A model generated the notes under the pieces. That model was given only the letters and a program-made list of their open reading frames with translations. It was not told the DNA's origin and made no database searches. A stretch of DNA of 64,000 bases from a virus. Taxonomy: Duplodnaviria; Heunggongvirae; Uroviricota; Caudoviricetes. The DNA lies in IMG/VR virus record IMGVR_UViG_3300037418_001222, one strand, 5' to 3'. Shown here piece by piece: positions 1 to 9,444 of the stretch (position 1 is the stretch's first letter; every line of letters starts with the position of its first letter). The position numbers were made by a program, and so were the translations under genes.

Positions 1-1248
1 AAAATAGTGCCGAATTTCCAGTGCAATAGATCATCACATTGCTAGATATTCCAATAACATCCGCCTCAGCAGTGTTATCAGTCCATCCAGCATTTTGAAC
101 CTGAAAAGATGCAGTGTTTCCAGCAGTATAGTAATATGGGGCCGTACCATCCATATAATTGTTACCACTAATAGTGTTTAACAGGAAGTAATTGGTTGTA
201 GTATTCGTGCCGTATTCTGCGGATAGAATAGTATTCACGCCAATCAAAGTTCCATTAGCATAGTAGTTGTATACAGTTTCGCCAGTCGTGAAGATTGCTG
301 TGTTGTTATACCATTGTACATTCGCCATTGGCTGATATACATGCGTTAGCTTTCCGTCTAAAGATGTATTCGTAGATGATACGATATGTACGTTGGAAAG
401 ACTTAGTACTTTTTCGGATACATACATATCGGAATTGATAGTATAACCCCATCCTCCATCATTTAGATAAAATGATACAGTTCCGGTAACTGACTGAAGA
501 TCGGTAACAAGACCTTTAGCTTCGGATCCTGTTCTTGATTCTAGATTTACAATATCTCCTTTTTGGAATCCACTACCTCCACCTATCACTGTTAGATCAG
601 TAAGAGACCCGATCATAGTTGGGAACTCATCTAATGGAGTCGTACTATTGTTCTGTAAAGTGATTATCTCTCCAGTTTCGAATGTACCGGATATAGCAGA
701 AACGTATAGGAGCTCCATGAAAGTAGCTCCAGACTTTCTCCTAACTAGCTTTTCAACGAATGCCGTTGCCCCAGAATTTACTCCCTTTATTATTTGTCCA
801 ACTAATAGTCTATTAACCGACGTAGTAATAATTTCTAGATAATATGGAATAAACCATTCTGACGACGATAGCTTGAAGATATCATTGCCAGGGTAATATA
901 TCTCCGCCTCTGCAGAAAAGATTAGATCAAAGAATAATTTAATGCTATTCTCTGATCCCTTTGATCTATAGAGATCTAGAGCGTTTTTGACGAGTCTCTG
1001 GGTATCCGTTGCTGTATTGAGCTGGATGTTCTTGAGATACTTCTCTTTAAAATAGAGAATGAAGTCACTAACTGTCGTATCAATATCATGATTAGATAGA
1101 TGATGCCTAGCTTGATAGACTGGAGATAAGGTATCCGTCTCCAGCCAATTATAATATTGCTTTACGAATTCGACAAAGAATGGCCCCTCTTCCCTGTATA
1201 TTTCAGGAAATTGACTCTCAATGAAATTAGAAATCTGAGTGTCGAGCA
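1..1248 (-). CDS. virion structural protein, N-terminal >415 aa of an ORF that runs off the window start (baseplate/tail-fibre region, immediately downstream of gp6)
   Basis: Uninterrupted minus-strand ORF from ATG at 1248 to position 1 (hand-translated; MLDTQISNFIESQFPEIYREEGPFFVEFVKQYYNWLE...). Start abuts the gp6 stop. C-terminal part is rich in T/N/Y/G like receptor-binding proteins. Confidence 0.5.
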
Positions 1249-3057
1249 TTATTGTCTAACTGCTTCTACTGTTATAGTTACTTCAGAAGGATCAATTTTC
1301 AATATATCCACATACGATGACGTTATATCAGAATCTTCCGTCACTACATAGAATCTAATTGAGTCTCCGACAAATTTATCACATGAGAAGTTAATTAGCT
1401 GTATCTTTCCAATTGAATAATCTACTGTTCCAATATTCTTCACAAATGTATAGTTTGAATTATCAAGTCTAACTACTCGGAGAGTACCGTTACCATCATC
1501 CTCAACAATTACTGTCTCTCCATTTAATGTAAATGGTGATGAGAAAACGGTCTTAACTTCATTAGTTGGGTGAACGTTAGGAAGTTGTGGAATATCATGC
1601 TCAAGAGAGATTCCAAAGTTGATGTCGATATTTTGAGACGGACCTACTTGTGGTATGATCTTCTTGTATGCGTACACTTTAGTATCATTTGAGATGATTG
1701 ACGCATGAGAAGAATCGATTGTAGCAACTAGTCTTGAACCATATAATGTAGAATTGAAGTCGTCTAAGTTATCGGTGTTAAACTGCGTTATAGAGTTAGA
1801 GATTAGAAGGCTAATTTCATTTGGTTTTAAGTTGGTTACATTTAGATTGTACTTAACCGTAGAATCAATTCGAATGTATGTAAATGTAGGATTCACAAAT
1901 ACTGGTTGAATTGGATTAGCCATCATTGGTTTAATAAAGTTCAAGTATTCTTGCTTCTTTGAGTCAGGAATCAGCTCTAATCCAGATACTGATAGAGCGA
2001 TGAACACCTTACCATATTGTGGTGGATTAACTAACTCACCACCGTACACTGAGATAGCATCAATCTCTGGGAATTGCGATTTTAGAAGAGTCTCGTAATC
2101 TGATGTTGTGATTGCTCTTTGCTGTGTTTGGAAGTGTCGTGGAGCATAGAATCTTATGGACGAAATCGACTCAGGATTGTCTCCACCAATAGCTTTACTA
2201 ATAGTTGTTAAAGAAACTCTTCCAGAGTTGTCTGAGGTTAGATCAGTATCTGGTGAGAATAGAGAAGCACCATTTGGTGTCGCTCCAGATGAAATTCTGT
2301 ACTGAACAGCGATTACAGCTCCATCTGCTGGTTTCCTACCAATAATATCATCACCAAATAGAATCTCATACTTCTCTTGATCAGTAGCCTGCAGGAAGTA
2401 GTTCTTTGAATCAGACGATAATCCAAGTAATGTATCAGACAGCATATACGGGATAATAGTTGATCCATTATCTTCAACTGAGTTAACTACTAATGATGTA
2501 GTGTCTACCATTGGGTTAGATAGAACAAACTGGAGAGATGGATTACTGTAATTCATTACGAACGTTTCAGTGACATAGAATCCTTCGTAGATATCAATAT
2601 CATCTGTTTGGAACTTGTAAGTATTAGTTGTTGGATCTAGATTAGCGTAGTATACCTTAGCTTCATTTGTAGAAAACGTATATGTCTGAAAATTAAATGA
2701 AGTAGTGAACGTAGTCCCCTTTGGGATTAGGAGAGTGTTGTTTCCACTCTGCTCTACGCTAAGTTGTATAGTTGCTGAGGCCGATCTAGCAGATCTAGGT
2801 CTATAATTTAGTTCCTTAGCATGAGAGATAACGGAAGATCTAAGCTGTGCAGAATCCAAAAATGACTCTGACGCAAGCATGTTCTGATAGAATGATTGAA
2901 GAGCGGTGTTATAAGCTAGAAGTTCAATAAGGACAGCAATGTTTGACCCCTCAAAGTCAAAATCTTTGAAAATCGCCTGTGACCTTAAGTGCGTTATTAA
3001 GTTCGCCTTGATAGTATCAAAGTCTAGAGTGGCGATGTTGAGAGAATTGTTTGCCAT
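1249..3057 (-). CDS. gp6: baseplate wedge subunit gp6 (baseplate J-like)
   Basis: 602 aa. N-terminus FKDFDFEGSNIAVLIELLAYNT...SFLDSAQLRSSVISHAKELNYRP matches the T4 gp6 N-terminus as recalled from memory (FLDYDFEGSRLNVLCDLLAYNT...SFMRTANLRSSVVQAAQDNGYLP). Confidence 0.75.
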   Translation of the reverse strand: MANNSLNIATLDFDTIKANLITHLRSQAIFKDFDFEGSNIAVLIELLAYNTALQSFYQNMLASESFLDSAQLRSSVISHAKELNYRPRSARSASATIQLSVEQSGNNTLLIPKGTTFTTSFNFQTYTFSTNEAKVYYANLDPTTNTYKFQTDDIDIYEGFYVTETFVMNYSNPSLQFVLSNPMVDTTSLVVNSVEDNGSTIIPYMLSDTLLGLSSDSKNYFLQATDQEKYEILFGDDIIGRKPADGAVIAVQYRISSGATPNGASLFSPDTDLTSDNSGRVSLTTISKAIGGDNPESISSIRFYAPRHFQTQQRAITTSDYETLLKSQFPEIDAISVYGGELVNPPQYGKVFIALSVSGLELIPDSKKQEYLNFIKPMMANPIQPVFVNPTFTYIRIDSTVKYNLNVTNLKPNEISLLISNSITQFNTDNLDDFNSTLYGSRLVATIDSSHASIISNDTKVYAYKKIIPQVGPSQNIDINFGISLEHDIPQLPNVHPTNEVKTVFSSPFTLNGETVIVEDDGNGTLRVVRLDNSNYTFVKNIGTVDYSIGKIQLINFSCDKFVGDSIRFYVVTEDSDITSSYVDILKIDPSEVTITVEAVRQ

Positions 3058-3088
3058 TGGCTCCAGTTACCATAAGAGAGTCTTCATT

Positions 3089-3096
3089 TATTTATC
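3089..3096 (-). promoter_or_regulatory. candidate T4-type late promoter (GATAAATA, one mismatch to TATAAATA) upstream of gp6
   Basis: Minus strand reads gATAAATAaatgaag...ATG about 40 nt upstream of the gp6 start. Confidence 0.3.
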
Positions 3097-3184
3097 CATT
3101 TTGAGTTAACACTTTCTCGATGTTATCGTTATAAACGACCCAAGAGAATAATTATGATAACGGGCTAGTAATGTTAAAAAACTT

Positions 3185-3213
3185 GTTGACATTTTCCTGG
3201 CACCTGTATACTA
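3185..3213 (+). promoter_or_regulatory. sigma70-type promoter (TTGACA -35, TATACT/TACTAA -10) for the plus-strand cluster 3221-9444
   Basis: cTTGTTGACAttttcctggcacctgTATACTAAgag, then RBS gagagaATG at 3221. Confidence 0.55.
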
Positions 3214-3220
3214 AGAGAGA

Positions 3221-3412
3221 ATGAAAATGCAGGAAAAAGATTTAAGCATTGAATCGAAGAAACTTCTTGACGAAATTGTCAAGGCAATTAATTTTGAAGC
3301 AAAGGATAACCCATTTGCAGAACTTATCTCGAAACTAGATAATATTCCCTATACTCGGGAACAGGCTTTCGATTTAGCTAATAAGAGCATTAAAGAATTC
3401 CTTAAGCATTAG
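3221..3412 (+). CDS. hypothetical protein (63 aa)
   Basis: ORF with RBS directly after the promoter. Confidence 0.45.
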   Translation: MKMQEKDLSIESKKLLDEIVKAINFEAKDNPFAELISKLDNIPYTREQAFDLANKSIKEFLKH

Positions 3413-3414
3413 AA

Positions 3415-3669
3415 TTGGATAGTGGCATGGTGGAGTTTTCTATCGAGGAGCGAGTAATTAGGCTCTTTGAAGACTTGGTTTATAATGAAAATTGCGAGAT
3501 TACCACAGAATCTACTTGGCAGAAGCTAGGGTTAGATTCTCTCGATAAGATCGAGATGGCCATGGATCTCGAAGACGAATTCAATATTGTAGTTCCAGAT
3601 GAAATCATGACACATCTCGAGTGTGTTGGTGACGTGTCCGATTATATCGAAAGAGTTATTTCAAAATGA
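3415..3669 (+). CDS. acyl carrier protein
   Basis: IEERVIRLF...LGLDSLDKIEMAMDLEDEFNIVVPDEI is the ACP phosphopantetheine-attachment motif (E. coli AcpP, recalled from memory: [27 protein letters not shown]). Confidence 0.8.
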   Translation: MDSGMVEFSIEERVIRLFEDLVYNENCEITTESTWQKLGLDSLDKIEMAMDLEDEFNIVVPDEIMTHLECVGDVSDYIERVISK

Positions 3670-3795
3670 GTGAGAGAAATATCATTCGGATCATAGGTGC
3701 GATTTGTCTAACTATCATAGCACTTGCTCTAATTTACACTGGTCACTTTGAATATCTTGGTGGTGTGGCACTTCTAGCATTCTTCCTATACTAAT

Positions 3796-4239
3796 ATGCG
3801 AATTCAATATATCCAAGGAGACTTGATAGAGTCTTCTGAATACGTCATCGCTCACGGATGTAATGCTCAAGGAGTAATGAAATCCGGTATAGCAAAAACT
3901 ATTAGAGAACAATACCCTCTGGTTTTTGAAGATTATTGGCATACATATGAAAGTCAAGGGGACTATTTACGCGTTGGTAGTGTAATTCCGACTGTGTATC
4001 CTGATCGTATTATCTTGAGCATTATCTCTCAAGAATATTATGGTCGAGATCATGATACACGATATGTTTCATATGATGCTATCGCAAAAGCGATAGTCTG
4101 GATAAATGAAAACGGTTACACTAGAGTGGCTTTTCCAAAAATTGGAGCAGGACTTGGCAATGGAAAATGGAGCATTATCTCAAATATCATCGAATCGTAC
4201 TCGGAATTCACTCCGGTTGTATACCACACTGATTCATGA
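3796..4239 (+). CDS. macro domain protein (ADP-ribose binding/hydrolase)
   Basis: IQYIQGDLIESSEYVIAHGCNAQGVMKSGIAKTI and later VAFPKIGAGLGNGKW match the macro-domain GDIT...N.ANxxLxxGGGV and AFPaIStGvyG blocks. Confidence 0.7.
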   Translation: MRIQYIQGDLIESSEYVIAHGCNAQGVMKSGIAKTIREQYPLVFEDYWHTYESQGDYLRVGSVIPTVYPDRIILSIISQEYYGRDHDTRYVSYDAIAKAIVWINENGYTRVAFPKIGAGLGNGKWSIISNIIESYSEFTPVVYHTDS

Positions 4240-4257
4240 TCAAAGACGAGCTAACAA

Positions 4258-4525
4258 AATGTCTAAGAAAATTGATCTCGCTAAGATATTCGGCGTCGAA
4301 GGATTGATCACCCCGAAAACGTTGGTCAATGAGACACCAGAAGATATTAATAAAAAAACACCAAATGATGCGGCTTGGGATATCCGAGCTCTCCTAGACG
4401 AACTAACAATCCGAGTAGCTTCTAAGGACATCCACGGGTGTATTGAGTGCCTTAACGCCATCCAACGCCGTATTGATTTCATGCAAAAGATCGCTAACGA
4501 GATCAAGAACATGGGAAAGAAGTAA
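4258..4525 (+). CDS. hypothetical protein (89 aa; start trimmed from the ORF-track 4106 to remove overlap with the macro gene)
   Basis: ATG at 4258 (MSKKIDLAKIF...) follows the macro-gene stop. Confidence 0.4.
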
Positions 4526-4944
4526 TGGAAATCTACGGCTTCTTTGGTGAGTATAGGTTTCTGTCTAATTTTTATGAGTCACCATTTGAGCTTAATGGTA
4601 AGAAATACCATACCGTAGAGCACTTCTTCCAAGCTTCTAAGGCTTCTAATGAAGAAGACCATGAATATGTTAGGAGCGCTTATTCACCCGGGGTTGCAAA
4701 GCACCGAGGAAGGCGAATTCCTCTTCGAGATGACTGGGAGAAGGTCAAGATCTCAATTATGACCGAGGGTGTTATTGCCAAGTTTGAACAAAATCCCGAA
4801 CTCGGTGAGAAATTGGCCAACACTAGCCCCAAAAACCTTGTAGAATACAATACTTGGGGTGATACATATTGGGGAGTATGTGGAAACAAGGGTTGTAACA
4901 ATCTTGGAAAGATCTTAATGTTTATTCGAGAGACTTTCATATGA
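4525..4944 (+). CDS. NADAR-domain protein (YbiA-like; NAD/ADP-ribose metabolism)
   Basis: FFGEYRFLSNFYESPFELNGKKYHTVEHFFQASKA ... AKFEQNPELGEKL...LVEYN.WGDTYWGVCGNKGCNNLGKILMFIRE aligns motif-for-motif with E. coli YbiA as recalled from memory (FSNFA...GKTWPTSEHYFQAQKF...AKFEQHAELR...YWGDGG.GKGKNRLGYLLMELRE). Confidence 0.8.
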   Translation: MEIYGFFGEYRFLSNFYESPFELNGKKYHTVEHFFQASKASNEEDHEYVRSAYSPGVAKHRGRRIPLRDDWEKVKISIMTEGVIAKFEQNPELGEKLANTSPKNLVEYNTWGDTYWGVCGNKGCNNLGKILMFIRETFI

Positions 4945-5135
4945 AGGTAATACTTAAAAGAGGCCAAATTCCACAAGAAAAGTGGTATCAAACTACTTGT
5001 TCTAACTGTAATACTCATTTTAAGTTCCAAAAGAAAGACTCAAGATACAATTCATCGGCTCGAGATATAGTACACCTAATAGAGTGCCCGGAATGTGATA
5101 AGACGCTTTATCTATCAACTCTTATCGAGTATTAA
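4941..5135 (+). CDS. small zinc-ribbon-like protein (64 aa; CSNC...CPEC)
   Basis: Two CxxC pairs; ATGA overlap with the NADAR stop. Confidence 0.4.
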   Translation: MKVILKRGQIPQEKWYQTTCSNCNTHFKFQKKDSRYNSSARDIVHLIECPECDKTLYLSTLIEY

Positions 5136-5136
5136 A

Positions 5137-5289
5137 ATGAATGTCGTGTATCTAATGAAGAAAGATCCGGAAGAAAGACACCTAAATCGTTATCCCAAAG
5201 GTCGTGAAGGAATTTGTAATGTTGATTCTAATCCCAGTTTTTATCCTAAGCGCGGCAGCCGCCGGAACCGTAGCCATAATTCGAAATAG
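5137..5289 (+). CDS. hypothetical small basic protein (50 aa)
   Basis: Start trimmed to ATG 5137 (MNVVYLMKKDPEE...). Confidence 0.25.
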   Translation: MNVVYLMKKDPEERHLNRYPKGREGICNVDSNPSFYPKRGSRRNRSHNSK

Positions 5290-5297
5290 GTGATTGT

Positions 5298-5807
5298 ATG
5301 ATCATCCCATCTATTATTGTGCTGGTTACCACTGGACTAACAGTAACATCTGGAGCTGGATTAGCATTCAATCAGCGAGTTCCTAGATGGTTGTTTGCTA
5401 TTGGATACTCTTGGTGGTGGCCATTTCGGCAAGATGATGTGGCCTCTCTATTAGCGCTTGATCTTGATACCGATGAGAGTTGTTCTCAATGGAATTATAA
5501 TCGTATAGGATGGCAAACTCTAACTAGTCAGGATGGTAAGTTTCAAATCGTTTGTGATGGAATGAAAGAAGGCCGATACAGAATTACCATTAGGGATTAT
5601 AAGGTTTCTGGAGGAGTGCATGATGTTAGAGCCACCGTATGGGGTGATCAAAAGTTGTATCGTGCTATTGGTCGATGGAAGCGTCGCCGGAACACCTCTA
5701 GTAAGTCTGTGGAAGTGATTGAGGATAAGAAATCTTATAATAGAGCTCTGAAAGCGACTTCTGAACATCTTCTTAAGAAACACGGAAACAAGACTCTTGT
5801 CAAGTAA
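5298..5807 (+). CDS. hypothetical membrane/secreted protein (169 aa, N-terminal TM)
   Basis: Hydrophobic N-terminus IIPSIIVLVTTGLTV. Confidence 0.5.
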   Translation: MIIPSIIVLVTTGLTVTSGAGLAFNQRVPRWLFAIGYSWWWPFRQDDVASLLALDLDTDESCSQWNYNRIGWQTLTSQDGKFQIVCDGMKEGRYRITIRDYKVSGGVHDVRATVWGDQKLYRAIGRWKRRRNTSSKSVEVIEDKKSYNRALKATSEHLLKKHGNKTLVK

Positions 5808-5944
5808 GAAAAAGAAGAACAAAGAACCAGAACCAAAATTTATGAAGTGTGCCATATGCACTGAATGTTATGAGGATATCTACCGACCAGGAAAATGCGT
5901 GTTTGGTGGACCTTATCATGGTTATATTATGATGGAGACTGAAA

Positions 5945-6325
5945 ATGAATAGAGAATTTGTCGAAAAGTGGGTTCATGAGCTTAGGACTACTTCATATGA
6001 GCAGCACCAGTTCGGTTTTTCTACTCCAGTGGCTAGATTTGATGAAGATCCAGAAGAGATGAAGTATGAAGGCTTCTGCTGTTTGGGACTAGCTAACTAC
6101 ATTGGAAGTGGTGATCCTGCAGATACTCATGTTTTGTGCCATAATACTCCTGAGCTCCATACTATTGAAATCGGTGACACCGGAACTGAGCTTATTGGTG
6201 GACGTTCTCTATGGTCTCACCTGGTGGCCATGAATGACGGAATAGGAATCTATGAAAGTTCTCCACGCTCATTCTCTCAAATTGCCGATTTTATCGAAGA
6301 GAAGCTTCTGAAAGAAGAGAACTAA
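5945..6325 (+). CDS. hypothetical protein (126 aa); paralog of 14410-14754
   Basis: Shares KWVxxLRxxxYxQ...CCLG...NDG...FxxIADFIE with the minus-strand ORF at 14410-14754. Confidence 0.5.
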   Translation: MNREFVEKWVHELRTTSYEQHQFGFSTPVARFDEDPEEMKYEGFCCLGLANYIGSGDPADTHVLCHNTPELHTIEIGDTGTELIGGRSLWSHLVAMNDGIGIYESSPRSFSQIADFIEEKLLKEEN

Positions 6326-6558
6326 TGATCTTTTTAGTTATTGTTCTTGTATGGCTGATTGGAATTCCGATCATGTACTACGCGGTGATTAGGTGGGGTA
6401 AAGGCTCTGAAAGTGATGCCGACTTTACCATGTGCCTATTATGGCCACTTATCCTCCCATTCGCTGTTTGTTATGCTTCTTTTGAAGAGATTAAAAAAGT
6501 AGCAAGAGCTCACAAGGAAGCCGACCGAGAGAAAAAGAAGTTAAACTCTAAGAAGTGA
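6325..6558 (+). CDS. small membrane protein (77 aa)
   Basis: Two predicted TM helices; ATGA overlap with the upstream gene. Confidence 0.45.
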   Translation: MIFLVIVLVWLIGIPIMYYAVIRWGKGSESDADFTMCLLWPLILPFAVCYASFEEIKKVARAHKEADREKKKLNSKK

Positions 6559-6644
6559 TTCTTTATGTAGTCTTTCTAGAGCAATTTTTCTAGAGGCCCT
6601 TCTTTTTAAACCGTGACGAATCGAAGAGAAGAAAAGAGATAATC

Positions 6645-6845
6645 ATGCAGTTAGTAGACAAAGATGATGTCCTTAACATTGTCATAGGTGTTGCAACTCT
6701 CATTGTAGTGATCGGAATTACTTACGAGCTAGGTATCTATGCCGCCGTAATTCCACTAGCTCTAGCAACTTTAGTATTCCTTCTAATGGTATCGTGGTTT
6801 ATCGGTGATTGTATTCGAGACCTATTCAGAAAATCGAAAAAGTGA
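6645..6845 (+). CDS. small membrane protein (66 aa)
   Basis: Hydrophobic throughout; RBS gagat. Confidence 0.4.
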   Translation: MQLVDKDDVLNIVIGVATLIVVIGITYELGIYAAVIPLALATLVFLLMVSWFIGDCIRDLFRKSKK

Positions 6846-6857
6846 AACAGTGAAGCA

Positions 6858-7061
6858 GTGAAACACGGATCTACTCTAATACAGATCGCGTTCATGTTAT
6901 CGTGTCTGTCTCTACCAACTCTAATAGAGCTATTCGAAGATATCGGACCAGTAGTATTCTTCGTTCCGACTATGATGCTAATCACAATTCTAGGAATAGC
7001 GTCATACTTGATATACACGGACGTCATCGTTAAAGGAGGAGAGAATGACGAAGAATTGTGA
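6858..7061 (+). CDS. small membrane protein (67 aa)
   Basis: Two hydrophobic segments. Confidence 0.4.
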   Translation: MKHGSTLIQIAFMLSCLSLPTLIELFEDIGPVVFFVPTMMLITILGIASYLIYTDVIVKGGENDEEL

Positions 7062-7215
7062 TAAACAATTGAAGACTCTGAAGAGGTTATTGAACGAGGC
7101 GACTCTAGTCCTCGTAGAGGGAAATGTTATAATTGACACGAGCCGAGGAGAAGAGGTATTCAGGTTGCTAGGTGACATCGCATATCACGGAAATAGAGAG
7201 GCACTGCACTAAAAG
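7045..7215 (+). CDS. hypothetical protein (56 aa; not in ORF track, below 60 aa)
   Basis: RBS GGAGGAGagaATG at 7045; hand-translated MTKNCDKQLKTLKRLLNEATLVLVEGNVIIDTSRGEEVFRLLGDIAYHGNREALH. Confidence 0.3.
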
Positions 7216-7217
7216 AG

Positions 7218-7397
7218 ATGCTTAGATATATTGCTATAGCGCTGTGTGCGTCATTTATCCTGCTATATGGATATACGATCGTCTCTATTCTAATGATACT
7301 TCCAAAGAGTGGCGTGCTCATTACGTCCTTCGGATTGGGAGCCATGGCATGGGACGCGGTTCGTCACGAATGTAAATGTATAAAGGATCTTTTTTGA
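7218..7397 (+). CDS. small membrane protein (59 aa; not in ORF track)
   Basis: Hand-translated MLRYIAIALCASFILLYGYTIVSILMILPKSG...; stop overlaps the next ATG (tgaaATGg). Confidence 0.3.
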   Translation: MLRYIAIALCASFILLYGYTIVSILMILPKSGVLITSFGLGAMAWDAVRHECKCIKDLF

Positions 7398-7398
7398 A

Positions 7399-7650
7399 AT
7401 GGCTAAGGCTATTGTAACCGAACGTAAAGTAGAGATCACCTTGACTCTATCTGAAGAGGAGGCTATCATGCTTCATGCCACGATTGGAAACTCCTTCATA
7501 GGAACGCAAGAGTCTCCACGCAAGTATAGTGACGCTATATACCATGCTCTAGATAGTGTTATTCAAGAGAACGGCCTCATGTCTCGAAGTGTAAAGTGCT
7601 GTAGTCTTCTTCCTCCCGAGGTGATTAAATTCAAAGACGGTGAGTTCTGA
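7399..7650 (+). CDS. hypothetical protein (83 aa)
   Basis: ORF within the co-oriented cluster. Confidence 0.45.
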   Translation: MAKAIVTERKVEITLTLSEEEAIMLHATIGNSFIGTQESPRKYSDAIYHALDSVIQENGLMSRSVKCCSLLPPEVIKFKDGEF

Positions 7651-7808
7651 AAAGATAATGACGCAGAAGATCTATCAATATAAGAATGTAATCTTCAGCT
7701 CACTGAAGACGAGCTCAATACATACGGGCTCGAAGGATGGGCTCTAGTCTCGGAGATGCGTGTCGAGGGAGAGTACGCCTTTAAGTATACGTTCAGGAGA
7801 GAGCTGTA

Positions 7809-8144
7809 ATGATCAGAGTGGTCCTAGACTATTTCAAGAATGACAATTCATACGTACTAGTCAATCCAGACAATGTCGTCTATGCGTACGATGCCATCTC
7901 AAATGAAAAGAGTGTTCCTAATAATCATCCATGTCTGCTTCTGAGATTATCCGACGGAACGGAAATAGTTTGTAAGTCTCTCACCGCATGGGACTGGGAG
8001 AGACTCTACTACTCGAAGCACCTGTGTAAGTGGAGATGGCCGGATAATCATGACTTCGTGTATCCACAACCTAAGGATCGACTGAGACCAACTCTAGAAG
8101 AAAAAGAAAAAGAAAGTCCTCTCCTCAAGCCATTGAACACGTGA
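7809..8144 (+). CDS. hypothetical protein (111 aa)
   Basis: ORF. Confidence 0.5.
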   Translation: MIRVVLDYFKNDNSYVLVNPDNVVYAYDAISNEKSVPNNHPCLLLRLSDGTEIVCKSLTAWDWERLYYSKHLCKWRWPDNHDFVYPQPKDRLRPTLEEKEKESPLLKPLNT

Positions 8145-8151
8145 AGAATCG

Positions 8152-8337
8152 GTGATGTTTATAGTTCTTACACGATCTTGGGAATCTTCATGGTACCAAT
8201 GCTTCGAGGATATAGAAGCCGCTAAAAAGAGTTTTGAATATGGTAGGCGCTATCACCCAAACTGCTGGCTAATAGAAGGTTCCGTAATTCAAGAGAAGAT
8301 TTACGCTGAGAATAATGAAGGAGAGATTCCGTGGTGA
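8152..8337 (+). CDS. hypothetical protein (61 aa)
   Basis: ORF. Confidence 0.4.
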   Translation: MMFIVLTRSWESSWYQCFEDIEAAKKSFEYGRRYHPNCWLIEGSVIQEKIYAENNEGEIPW

Positions 8338-8340
8338 GTA

Positions 8341-8715
8341 ATGATGGATAACATCGGACATAAACCAGGGTGCATATTCAACATTGAGTCAGGATCATGT
8401 ACGTGTGGATGGATAAGCGGTATGGATCGCGGTGAAAGAGAGAAGCTCGTCAAGAAGAGATCCAAGGAATATCAGCTAGAGACTCGCCTCAGAGCTATTG
8501 AAGAGCGCCTTGAGCTACTATTCGAGAAAGTGCAATTAACTCCAGCACCGCTAGATCCCTATACTCTACTAGAGGAGTGGCTCGAGTTACACTTCGATCC
8601 GTGCTTCTACGATCATCACGGATATTGTCAGTCTCACTTCCTTCAGGACAAGGGCTCGTGTATAGTCGAACTCACGAGAAAATTTTTAGAGGAGAGAACA
8701 GATGAAGGACGATAA
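8341..8715 (+). CDS. hypothetical Cys/His-rich protein (124 aa)
   Basis: CxC, CxC and HHGYC clusters. Confidence 0.5.
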   Translation: MMDNIGHKPGCIFNIESGSCTCGWISGMDRGEREKLVKKRSKEYQLETRLRAIEERLELLFEKVQLTPAPLDPYTLLEEWLELHFDPCFYDHHGYCQSHFLQDKGSCIVELTRKFLEERTDEGR

Positions 8716-8863
8716 GACGTGGCTATTCCGAGCTCTCAAGAACTACATGAGATACGACACCACCTCCAACTCGTGGGACCAGGAGATGGCTATTGACGAG
8801 CTCATCTCCGCTCTAGACGACCATATCGATTCTCGTATCAAAGAAATGCTTTCAGCGAAATAG
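8702..8863 (+). CDS. hypothetical protein (53 aa; not in ORF track)
   Basis: ATG 8702 overlaps the upstream stop; hand-translated MKDDKTWLFRALKNYMRYDTTSNSWDQEMAIDELISALDDHIDSRIKEMLSAK. Confidence 0.3.
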   Translation: MKDDKTWLFRALKNYMRYDTTSNSWDQEMAIDELISALDDHIDSRIKEMLSAK

Positions 8864-8889
8864 TTGTCCATTAAGAGCACGATTTTTAT

Positions 8890-9444
8890 ATGATGAAGAG
8901 TCCGAATGTTTTTCTGTATCGAGACATACTACCACCATTCTCGATAACGGTTCACAGTATCGCAGAAGAAATTGAATTCGAACAGAATTACATCAATATA
9001 TACGGAAAAACTCTACCAGAGCCAAGACTCACGGCTCTATACGGTGATCTCCCCTATACGTACTCGAATACTAAGCGATATCCTCGTCCATGGAATAAGA
9101 CTCTATCAGACATCAAACATCTAGTAGAAGAATATTCGGAGCATAGCTTTAATTCTTGCTTGCTTAACTACTATAGAGACGGAAGCGACTCGATAGGGCT
9201 ACACGCAGATGATGAGAGAGAACTAGGGGATAATCCCGTAATAGCGACACTATCGATTGGCGACTCTCGAACAATGTATCTGAGGTGCGAGCAGCTCGAG
9301 AAAAAATTTGAACTTCACCATGGTGACCTCTTCATAATGCTCGGTGATACTCAAAAGTATTGGAAGCACGAGATAAGGAAACAGAAGAACAAGGGTCCGA
9401 GAGTCTCTCTCACGTTCAGGAAAATTTTAGCGGCGCGCGATTGA
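8890..9444 (+). CDS. alkB: AlkB-family 2OG-Fe(II) dioxygenase (alkylation repair)
   Basis: Ordered AlkB motifs GLHADDE (HxD), LHHGDLFIM, H in YWKHEI, RVSLTFR (R-x-LTFR). Confidence 0.8.
   Translation: MMKSPNVFLYRDILPPFSITVHSIAEEIEFEQNYINIYGKTLPEPRLTALYGDLPYTYSNTKRYPRPWNKTLSDIKHLVEEYSEHSFNSCLLNYYRDGSDSIGLHADDERELGDNPVIATLSIGDSRTMYLRCEQLEKKFELHHGDLFIMLGDTQKYWKHEIRKQKNKGPRVSLTFRKILAARD

Noticed and set aside
1-1248. Calling the truncated first gene gp7
   Set aside because: Position after gp6 fits, but its N-terminus does not resemble the T4 gp7 N-terminus as recalled. It is kept as an unnamed structural protein.
648-1351. Plus-strand ORFs 648-842 and 1157-1351
   Set aside because: They lie antisense inside the continuous minus-strand structural ORF that runs from 1248 off the window start. 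They have no RBS and low-complexity products.
4240-5030. Minus-strand ORFs 4240-4512 and 4680-5030 opposite the macro/NADAR operon
   Set aside because: They are antisense to well-supported plus-strand genes with recognisable domains and have no promoter or RBS.
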